From an uncultured Flavobacteriales bacterium (lineage in GTDB: Bacteria > Bacteroidota > Bacteroidia > Flavobacteriales_D > Crocinitomicaceae): a stretch of DNA of 64,000 nucleotides. A program made the position numbers and the translations under genes. Position 1 is the first letter of the stretch. Each line of letters begins with the position of its first letter. Below, in pieces: positions 24,589-32,066 of this stretch. The stretch lies in assembly GCA_903823565.1 (NCBI GenBank), contig CAIJTF010000116.1, positions 4,690 through 68,689 of the forward strand, given 5' to 3'. A model generated the notes under the pieces. It ran no database searches, was not told the origin of the DNA, and was given only the letters and a program-made list of their open reading frames with translations.

Positions 24589-25113
24589 ATGAAAAAAATC
24601 GCGTACGCATTGTGCTCTGGTTTAGCCGTTCTCTTCCTTGCGAATTGTAATAGCGGAAACGCTGAACTAGAAAAAGAAAAATTGGCCATAGAAAAGGCAA
24701 AATTGGAACTAGAAAGTAAAAAGCTTACCCAGGGAACAGAAGGAAATCAATCGCCTTCACAGGCCGAGGGGGATAATAGCCCATCGAAATCATCGGGAGA
24801 ACCCAAAGAAGCTAAAGGAGAAAATGACGAAGCTGCACGTAGAAAAATTGCGGAGAAAGCGACTCAAGCAAACCGTTTTCAAAACTATACCGACGCGGTA
24901 GTGGTAGCCAAGAAAACGTTTTTCTACAACATGCCAGATGAATCCACTCGAAGGTCCGCTTACCTTATCCAGGGGGATCGCATAATGGTTGAAAAATCAC
25001 AGCGCAATTATGTATACGTTACGTTTACCAACGAAACGACAGGACGCACCACTGCGGGATGGTTAAAGTCTGATGATTTAGAGCCCATCGATAGCCCGGA
25101 ATTTTACGATTAA
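24589..25113 (+). CDS. Hypothetical lipoprotein
   Basis: Signal peptide plus lipobox (LFLANC). Then a coiled-coil segment (ELEKEKLAIEKAKLELESKK), a low-complexity linker and a ~70-aa C-terminal beta-rich, possibly SH3-like domain. Confidence 0.6.
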   Translation: MKKIAYALCSGLAVLFLANCNSGNAELEKEKLAIEKAKLELESKKLTQGTEGNQSPSQAEGDNSPSKSSGEPKEAKGENDEAARRKIAEKATQANRFQNYTDAVVVAKKTFFYNMPDESTRRSAYLIQGDRIMVEKSQRNYVYVTFTNETTGRTTAGWLKSDDLEPIDSPEFYD

Positions 25114-25132
25114 TAAAACCAAATTAATAGAA

Positions 25133-25160
25133 AGCCTTGGTTAACGCCAGGGCTTTTTTT
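25133..25160 (+). terminator. Rho-independent terminator between convergent genes
   Basis: AGCCTTGG (25133-25140), loop TTAACG, CCAGGGCT (25147-25154): 8 bp including one G-U pair. The run of 7 T (25154-25160) begins with the last stem base. Confidence 0.75.
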
Positions 25161-25189
25161 GTTATCGTTCTTTTGTAGGGAAGGACCGT

Positions 25190-26245
25190 TTACTTTTCTC
25201 GCTTGTCTAAGAAAACTTGATAAAAGTTTCCGTCAAAAATAAATTGATCAGCTTCCACATGAGGCAATCCAATTTCTACCGAAAAACCGCCTTTTTCTTG
25301 GTAGGAGACCTTGGCAAACCGCGGACAATTCACGCTCATTGAGTTTCCTGCAACATGTAACGGTACAGGATTCCCATTCACTTTAATGTTGTTGACTTCA
25401 AATTTTACCACTGGGATTTTGTCCATAGAAATATACTGATCATATAATTCGAAAAATATGGTGTGATCTGCGCTGAGAAACAACGCTGAACCAGGAAAGG
25501 CAAGAGACCCACAAAAGTAGGTCTGTTGTGTTGCATGTTCGTAAACCGACATTTCTACAAAGGTGTGCGTCTCCCCGTAAATCTTCACTTGATCGCTGGT
25601 TTTCCTTAAAGTAAACGTATACTTGCCTTTTGTCCAATCGATACGATTTCTTACCGATACGAAGTCACCTTCATATACGCCCGATTCACAAAAACCATCC
25701 TGTGCAATTTTTATGGCTTCCCCGTTTGGCTCTGCCCAACGTGTGAAAATCATGGAACGCTTTATAAGATGGTATTCTGAACTATCTTTTAGATGATTCG
25801 CGCTTTTAAACCCTCCTCCGCTTGTTTGTATAGCACCGTAAAAATGTTTATGATTTATGGAGCTTCCACCAAACGGAGATATACCCAGGTTTATGCCTTG
25901 AGGAATATCGGATTTTATGTCCAAATCAATGGAAAAAGTATTAAAATCCAATGGTTCTTTAAAGGAATAAAAGATGTCGACCATTTGCCAGGGTGTATTT
26001 ACGACGTATTTTGCAACCCATTCACCCTCATTAAAATATCCGGTCACCATCCTTCCCTTATTACTCATAATGGTGCCGATACCGTGTGGTTTTCCAAACA
26101 TCGTCTGACCAACGTACTGATCGCCATTTTCAAAGGCAATGGTCTCAAAAAATATTTCTAATTTCGGGTTGTGCTTGAGGGTTTGCGCCTGGAGGTTACC
26201 TAGGAACAAGAGGGCAAAAAGGAAAGAACTCTGGATGGGCTTCAT
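25190..26245 (-). CDS. Hypothetical secreted protein
   Basis: Start taken at MKPIQSSFLFALLFLGNLQAQ (signal peptide), not the upstream ATG at 26281. It has a MORN-like GDQYVGQ..GKPHGIG element. The central pattern (YGAIQ.. IFTRW .. EGDFVSV .. W.KGKYTF) is reminiscent of DUF3472-type beta-sandwich proteins. That is recollection only. Confidence 0.55.
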   Translation of the reverse strand: MKPIQSSFLFALLFLGNLQAQTLKHNPKLEIFFETIAFENGDQYVGQTMFGKPHGIGTIMSNKGRMVTGYFNEGEWVAKYVVNTPWQMVDIFYSFKEPLDFNTFSIDLDIKSDIPQGINLGISPFGGSSINHKHFYGAIQTSGGGFKSANHLKDSSEYHLIKRSMIFTRWAEPNGEAIKIAQDGFCESGVYEGDFVSVRNRIDWTKGKYTFTLRKTSDQVKIYGETHTFVEMSVYEHATQQTYFCGSLAFPGSALFLSADHTIFFELYDQYISMDKIPVVKFEVNNIKVNGNPVPLHVAGNSMSVNCPRFAKVSYQEKGGFSVEIGLPHVEADQFIFDGNFYQVFLDKREK

Positions 26246-26417
26246 GGTACAGCGTTTTAGGTGGTTAATAGCTTGGAGCAATCAGCCTAAAAGGTTTTAT
26301 TCCCTTTTTGGCTAGATCACCTAAAAAACGATGGGTCGTTATACCGTTACATTTACCTTGAAAATATTGGGGATTAATCTGCTGATTTTTAGTTGTTTAT
26401 CCCCTTGAAGGGTGCTT

Positions 26418-27575
26418 TTAGAATTTCATTTCAACAAATTTGGATAGCAATCCGCGGGTATCCGATAAAAATTCTTTGATCAGGGATTCTTCCTGAGCAT
26501 TCAATGCATACCGCTCAGGATTTTTTTCCCAATCGGATCCTGGTATCACATAAAATCCATTTGGATTTCCACCTTTACGAACCCACATGGGGAGGTATTC
26601 CCATGAACCAAAAGAGAGCCCCTTGTCAGAAATGTTTAAGGTCAACCCTAAACCAATACCGCCGCTTTTGTAACGGTCGCGTTGTGCGCTAATAAAATTG
26701 CCTAAGCTGAAGGCAACAGGTACCGCTTTGCTAGGATTGTTTTTAGGGTGTAAAATTTCCATGGGTTGAACCACATGCGGGTGCATGCCGATGATAGCGT
26801 CTGCACCATGATCACAGAGCCATTGGGCCAATTTCTTTTGCTCTGGCGAATAATTACGTTGGTATTCGTTTCCCCAATGAATAGTAACCAAAGTAAAATC
26901 ACTGTTTTTCTCTTTGGCTTTTTTCAAGTCTTTCAGCATTTGTACCGTATCGATCATGTTCACAATGTTCGGTAATTCAACTTCCAATCCGTTGGTACCA
27001 TAGGTGTAATTCAAAATAGCAAGGCGTTGGTCTTTGATGACTTTTATGTATGGGTAGGAATTATCTCGATCCATTTGGTTTTTAAAAGTTCCCGTATGTT
27101 CAATTTTCATTAAATCCAATTGGTCAATGGTTCGCTCAAGCCCTTTCTTTCTTCTATCCAAGGAATGATTATTGGCGGTAATGAAAAAGTCAAATCCTGC
27201 CTTGTGGACGGTTTCCGCATATACATCCGGAGAACAAAACATGGGGTAACCGCTGTATGGAGGTCCTCCGAGGGTAACTTCTAAGTTGAGCATGGTCATG
27301 TCAAAAGCTCCTAGCTTGGGACTCAAGTATGAAAACCAGGGTTCGAAGTTATACGATTTCCCATCGGCTGATTTGGCGCTATTGAGCATGGTTTCATGCC
27401 CCATAAGGTCACCTACAAAGAAAAGGGATAAGGTTCCTGATGTTCTTTTTTTATTGCCGGAAGCGGTATTGTCCCCCTTGTTTGGCTTGTTGGATTCTTC
27501 TTTGGGAACTACGAAATAAATAAGTAGGGCAAGGGGTAAAACAATGGATAGACCAAAAATGATTTGTTTTTTCAT
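26418..27575 (-). CDS. CapA-family (PGA-capsule-synthesis-like) membrane-anchored metallophosphatase
   Basis: 385 aa. N-terminal TM anchor, then FVGDLMGH, NNHSLD, HWGNEY and GADAIIGMHPHVVQP motifs typical of CapA/YwtB. No capB/capC nearby. Confidence 0.8.
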   Translation of the reverse strand: MKKQIIFGLSIVLPLALLIYFVVPKEESNKPNKGDNTASGNKKRTSGTLSLFFVGDLMGHETMLNSAKSADGKSYNFEPWFSYLSPKLGAFDMTMLNLEVTLGGPPYSGYPMFCSPDVYAETVHKAGFDFFITANNHSLDRRKKGLERTIDQLDLMKIEHTGTFKNQMDRDNSYPYIKVIKDQRLAILNYTYGTNGLEVELPNIVNMIDTVQMLKDLKKAKEKNSDFTLVTIHWGNEYQRNYSPEQKKLAQWLCDHGADAIIGMHPHVVQPMEILHPKNNPSKAVPVAFSLGNFISAQRDRYKSGGIGLGLTLNISDKGLSFGSWEYLPMWVRKGGNPNGFYVIPGSDWEKNPERYALNAQEESLIKEFLSDTRGLLSKFVEMKF

Positions 27576-27687
27576 GACGGTGTTTGAGGTATGGCTCTAC
27601 GGATAATTCGCTTTAAAGTTATAAAATTGGTGTTCTTCCCAGATAGTATAAGTACTATTTTGTGGCAATATTAAAACGTATGTTCAT

Positions 27688-27713
27688 AAAAAAAGGCCGT
27701 TTGAACGACCTTT
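27688..27713 (-). terminator. Rho-independent terminator
   Basis: Minus-strand read: AGGTCGT, loop TCAA, ACGGCCT (7 bp, one G-U pair), then a T7 run. It lies 17 nt after the stop of the 27730-28176 gene. Confidence 0.7.
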
Positions 27714-27729
27714 CTATACTTGATTATGG

Positions 27730-28176
27730 TTAATAATCTTCTGCTTCGTATTCATCTAATTCCTCGGGCTCATTGTTATTTTGATTTGCTAAATCTTTAA
27801 ATTTTTTCATGTTGTTGAAAAATTTCTTACCCGCTGGACATTCATCTTTCATAGCTTCTTCATCATTATCAAATTTACTCGTAAGCTTTTCACATCTTTC
27901 ATCATTTGAAATTTTTTCACCGAAGTCTTTGAAAAGAAGTGGTTTTTCAGCTAGTTCCTTCATCGAAGTATTAAGCAGTTTTTCTATTTCAGGGTTCCAT
28001 TTTTCAAAACAATCGCAGGCGGTTTGCGGTTCTTTGGATTCGACAATTTCTACTTTTTTACTTTTAGTTGTATCGGCAGATACGGAAGAATTTGGCGCTT
28101 CTGTACTTGCTCCACCACATGATGTGAATCCTAACAATCCGATAAAACTTAAACTACCAAGGATGAATTTTTTCAT
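27730..28176 (-). CDS. Hypothetical acidic Cys-containing lipoprotein
   Basis: MKKFILGSLSFIGLLGFTSCGG lipoprotein signal; five further Cys (CDCFEKW, ERCEKL, DECPAG); acidic C-terminal tail. Confidence 0.65.
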   Translation of the reverse strand: MKKFILGSLSFIGLLGFTSCGGASTEAPNSSVSADTTKSKKVEIVESKEPQTACDCFEKWNPEIEKLLNTSMKELAEKPLLFKDFGEKISNDERCEKLTSKFDNDEEAMKDECPAGKKFFNNMKKFKDLANQNNNEPEELDEYEAEDY

Positions 28177-28284
28177 ATTAATTTTTTTATATTACATACA
28201 AATGTACTTAAAAAAAATAATCTCAAATTAATTTATAATTTGTTTAATCCCTAACTCGCAAGTTGAAAGCACTTACTTCTCATC

Positions 28285-28521
28285 TTACTTCCTTCGATAT
28301 TTACCACGGGTGTGGTAATAATAGCGTGACCTTGCTTGATTTTTAATTGCATTTTTATCGGTACTTACCTTTTTACGGACGTGGCCTTTACGAAATTGAC
28401 CTTTATAATTTACGGATGGTTTCACATAGGTGCCCCCTGCCTTATCGGAACGCTTTCCATCGCATGCAGTCAGAGCGAAGCATAGAATTAGGATTGTAAA
28501 TTGTAGGCGAGGGAATGACAT
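28285..28521 (-). CDS. Hypothetical small, highly basic lipoprotein
   Basis: 78 aa; lipobox LTAC; K/R/Y-rich mature part. Confidence 0.5.
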   Translation of the reverse strand: MSFPRLQFTILILCFALTACDGKRSDKAGGTYVKPSVNYKGQFRKGHVRKKVSTDKNAIKNQARSRYYYHTRGKYRRK

Positions 28522-28740
28522 TCCAACGAAGATACAGAATTTATAGCCCCGTTGAATTGTAACCTTTCTTTTCTTATTTATTATTATCTTCGTTACGTAT
28601 TTCGAACCTTAAATGGTACCAACCGAGTGAAGTCACCACGGTGGTAAAAACGATACGGGCTGAGCACAGTCAAAATAAACGTTGGTTTCCAAGCCGGTAA
28701 GAAATACAAATGAGTTTATTAATGATTAAAATTTATTTGT

Positions 28741-29100
28741 ATGAAAAAGCAAGTTATTGTATGGTTGAAAAATGGAATGATTGCCAAGATGAACGCTGTG
28801 GCATGTTCTGCAAATTCCCATCAAGTGTCCCTTCCCAGTACGGAAGTTGAATTACCGGTATTAATTGAGATTACGCACGAGGGTTTAACAACCATACTTG
28901 ATTTAAGTGGGTTTCCCGATTGCGTTGTTTTACAATTTGGGAAGGATCGATATTTTACCGGTGCGACCTATTGTCGGAATAGAACGGATGGTGCCTTTAT
29001 GGTTCAAGCGCAAGCGCGTTATTTTCTTCTAATGCCCTTGCCTTTGCCATATCCCATTCAGGAAACAGAAGAAATAATGATTAAACCTCTTGAATTATGA
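28741..29100 (+). CDS. Hypothetical protein, no signal peptide
   Basis: 119-aa ORF with an ATG start; ATGA overlap with the next ORF; I recognise no motif. Confidence 0.5.
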   Translation: MKKQVIVWLKNGMIAKMNAVACSANSHQVSLPSTEVELPVLIEITHEGLTTILDLSGFPDCVVLQFGKDRYFTGATYCRNRTDGAFMVQAQARYFLLMPLPLPYPIQETEEIMIKPLEL

Positions 29101-29507
29101 GTAGCCTCAATCCTTTGATCCTATCCGCAGAACGTTGTGCGGAGGGCTATGGGAGGTTTCCCTATGTCATCGTAAGGGTTCAACCTACGGTTTATCTGCA
29201 ATTTCCCATTCATTTTTACCATCATGAGCATCCTGATCTTCCAGGTTTGCGGGTTCGTGTTAACGATTCAACCGAGTTAGATGCATGCATGGCTACTTTA
29301 TTCAGTGTAATGCAGGGTTTTTATGCGCAAGTAAATGGAAACGAAGCCGTTCCGTACCGCATGTGTTTGGTTCTACGGTCGAATCTCGCTTATTTTTGGG
29401 AAAAGGAAGGAATAATGCTGTCTAGGGAAATTCCTGAAGGGGGTGCTTTAATGGATGGTCAATACAAGGTACTTTCCTTGAATAGTAGTCATTATATTCG
29501 GGAATGA
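29097..29507 (+). CDS. Hypothetical protein, no signal peptide
   Basis: 136-aa ORF, translationally coupled to 28741-29100; I recognise no motif. Confidence 0.5.
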   Translation: MSSLNPLILSAERCAEGYGRFPYVIVRVQPTVYLQFPIHFYHHEHPDLPGLRVRVNDSTELDACMATLFSVMQGFYAQVNGNEAVPYRMCLVLRSNLAYFWEKEGIMLSREIPEGGALMDGQYKVLSLNSSHYIRE

Positions 29508-29534
29508 AGTTGCCGAATGGTATGAATACACGAT

Positions 29535-30344
29535 CTACCGTACGGTTAAATTCACATAATTAGTTCCCATGCCTTTTACTTTTTGTTCAAGGTTTCCATG
29601 CATCGGGAACCCCGTTTTTCGGTCGGTTTCAATCATGCCTTGGATGGTAAAGATTTCCTTTTCTTGGTTAAAGACGTTTGCCCGTAATTCCAATGCAACG
29701 CTTTCAGGATTTATGGCTCGAACAAAATAGGTGTATTTAATCGTGATTTCCTGCTGCTGAATGACTTGCTTATTGGTTTGTTCCCAAGAATCTCCCACCC
29801 CAAGCTCTTTCGACGGAAATTCTGGCATGAAACCATTGGATTGGTTTGATTTAAATTGAGCGTCTAATTGTGGATTATCTGCTTTCATGGATAGTACTTT
29901 TCCGAGCCGGTTATAGGTGACATAAGAAAATCCATTCATTAAAGGTTTCAGTTCTTTTGAAGTCTTTGCGTCAATTTCAGCCTCGTTGGTTTTAGCATGG
30001 ATGTCTAAAATTTTCGTTCGGGTTAAAACGTCGCCATTGGAGAGTCGATCAGTCACTTGCATTTCAGAGGTAAAGGTCATCAGTAATACATCCTTTCCGA
30101 AAATGGATTTCATGGTCAATGCGATGGTTTTTTTGTTACCCTTTTGGGGTGTAAATGCTAACTGCACCTTTTCTTTTGAATGTTTTCCATCCAGATTTAT
30201 GGGAACCTTTTTTAGGGCACTGGTATCTTTTTTGGGAAGTACAAGACCCTTTTCCCCCTTTCCTTTCGCAGAAGAATCGGAACAGGAAACAAACAAAAGG
30301 GTTGGGAAGGTAAGAAGCGCAAACAGTGGTATTATATATTTCAT
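29535..30344 (-). CDS. Hypothetical lipoprotein
   Basis: 269 aa; signal peptide plus lipobox (LLFVSCSD); beta-rich mature part. Confidence 0.6.
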   Translation of the reverse strand: MKYIIPLFALLTFPTLLFVSCSDSSAKGKGEKGLVLPKKDTSALKKVPINLDGKHSKEKVQLAFTPQKGNKKTIALTMKSIFGKDVLLMTFTSEMQVTDRLSNGDVLTRTKILDIHAKTNEAEIDAKTSKELKPLMNGFSYVTYNRLGKVLSMKADNPQLDAQFKSNQSNGFMPEFPSKELGVGDSWEQTNKQVIQQQEITIKYTYFVRAINPESVALELRANVFNQEKEIFTIQGMIETDRKTGFPMHGNLEQKVKGMGTNYVNLTVR

Positions 30345-30485
30345 TCGCAGAAATTTTAGACAAAGGTACGCAAATAATGGAGCTTGAACTTTGATGGAAA
30401 TGGCTGCGTGCTTCCAGTGGATTAAATATTGAATAGACTTAACCAGTCCGAATTTTCCTTTCTACCTTTACAAAAAACATTCGTA

Positions 30486-31532
30486 ATGGATTCTATAACC
30501 CAAATTGTTTTAGGAGGTGCCATTGGTGAGCTTGTTGCCGGGAAGAAATTGGGAAATAAGGCCATTCTCTGGGGGGCGGTTGCAGGAACCATACCTGATT
30601 TGGATGTTTTCTTACGGGTATTCTATCACCCAATTGACGCGGCCTTGGTGCATCGCGGGTTTTCACATTCCTTGTTGTTTGCGCTACTAATGGGGCCTAC
30701 CCTTGGTTATCTTTTTAATTTACTCACGAAACGAGTTCATGGTTTTTGGATGTGGACGCATTTGTTTTTCTGGGGAATTCTTACCCATCCACTATTGGAT
30801 ATGTTCACCAATTACGGCACTCAGTTTTTTTGGCCGTTATCCTATCGCATTACGTTTAATTCCGTCTTTGTCGTCGACCCCTTTTACACGCTTCCATTTC
30901 TTGTTTGTTTAGTGGCGGCTATGTTTTACCAACGGGATGATGTAAGGCGGAGGAAATGGAATCGGTTTGGGCTATTGTATTCGACATCCTATTTAATGTT
31001 GGGTTTAGCGATAAAGGGATTTGTTTTCTTTTCATCAAAAAGGGAGATCCAAGAGGCTGGCCATAAGCCATCACGAATGATGGTGACTCCCATGCCTTTC
31101 ACACCATTTTATTGGTATATTTTAGCAGAAAAGGAGTCAAGTTTTGTGGTTGGTTACCGAAGTTTGTTCCGCAGTCGGATGGATACGCCCAAGACCTTGA
31201 TACCTAAGGGGGACTATCGGATTGATTCCTTGCACTGGAAAGGATCTTCCTTTAATCCGCAGTTGCAACAAATTACAGATGGTTATGTCTTATTTGAGGA
31301 AACAGAAAAGGGCTTGCTTTGCTATGATTTACGGTTTGGATTATTGACAAAGTTCACCAACGGTAAAGTCAATCGGCCTTTGATGGGGTATGTTTTAACC
31401 TTACAAGAAGGTGAAATTGTTGATACCCATCCCTTAAGCAGAAATCAAGATTGGGAAAAGGTGGCGTTTTCTTCCTACTGGAGGGAGGTTGTTGGAGCCA
31501 ACCGCATTGGGGTTCAGTCGCTGAAAAAGTAA
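30486..31532 (+). CDS. YdjM-like membrane-bound metal-dependent hydrolase (DUF457 family)
   Basis: MDSITQIVLGGAIGE..., GTIPDLDVF and HRGFSHSLLF motifs, with several TM segments. I use the ATG at 30486 rather than the TTG/ATG at 30429. Confidence 0.75.
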   Translation: MDSITQIVLGGAIGELVAGKKLGNKAILWGAVAGTIPDLDVFLRVFYHPIDAALVHRGFSHSLLFALLMGPTLGYLFNLLTKRVHGFWMWTHLFFWGILTHPLLDMFTNYGTQFFWPLSYRITFNSVFVVDPFYTLPFLVCLVAAMFYQRDDVRRRKWNRFGLLYSTSYLMLGLAIKGFVFFSSKREIQEAGHKPSRMMVTPMPFTPFYWYILAEKESSFVVGYRSLFRSRMDTPKTLIPKGDYRIDSLHWKGSSFNPQLQQITDGYVLFEETEKGLLCYDLRFGLLTKFTNGKVNRPLMGYVLTLQEGEIVDTHPLSRNQDWEKVAFSSYWREVVGANRIGVQSLKK

Positions 31533-32038
31533 GGTCGTATTTTTCGGTATTCTTGCATCAGGGACTCCACTCTTTTGCCGCGTTCTGCAACCTCTCGGTT
31601 GCTTCCCATGGCATTTTCACCGATACATTCATTGCTTCTGAGCAAATAACGGTTGGATTGTTCGGTAGTCGAGAAGTAAAACCGTTCCTCTCGTTCGCAT
31701 GATTCACTGGCACTGTATACAAAGACAAAAAACAGTCGACCATCCTGGAGATAAAATACGGACTTCGCTTCGCCTTCATAATATGCATAGTTTGCCTCAA
31801 TCACTCCATATCCCTGTTCCAAAAGGCAATACCTAAAGGAATGTGTGGTTTCATATGGACCATTACCTAAATCTTCTACATTTGGTTCCGTTACCACGTC
31901 ACAACGGTCACGATTGGCTTAAAATTGGGTATTGGCTTCTGCATACATTTACCGAATTTGTTGCACCCATGAATTCACTTCTTGACTAAAACCGCAGATG
32001 GATAGGGACAGCATTAGGTACAATTGTATTCTTTTCAT
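31514..32038 (-). pseudogene. Secreted/lipoprotein-like gene interrupted by two in-frame TAA codons
   Basis: A single minus-strand frame reads MKRIQLYLMLSLSICGFSQEVNSWVQQIR*MYAEANTQF*ANRDRCDVVTEPNV... and continues 127 aa to 31514. The stops are at 31951-31949 and 31921-31919. I checked this base by base. Confidence 0.55.
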
Positions 32039-32066
32039 TTTGGATAAAGTAGCTAATTCGACACCC

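Noticed and set aside
26418-27575. CapA-like gene without capB/capC; possible hint of a poly-gamma-glutamate system.
   Set aside because: Stand-alone CapA-family metallophosphatases are widespread, and no ligase or other PGA genes are in the window.
27809-28231. 140-aa plus-strand ORF antisense to the 27730-28176 gene. Likewise 29986-30387 antisense to 29535-30344, and 25793-26161 antisense to 25190-26245.
   Set aside because: The minus-strand partners have textbook signal peptides or lipoboxes, and a terminator follows one of them. The plus-strand ORFs have no start context or motifs.
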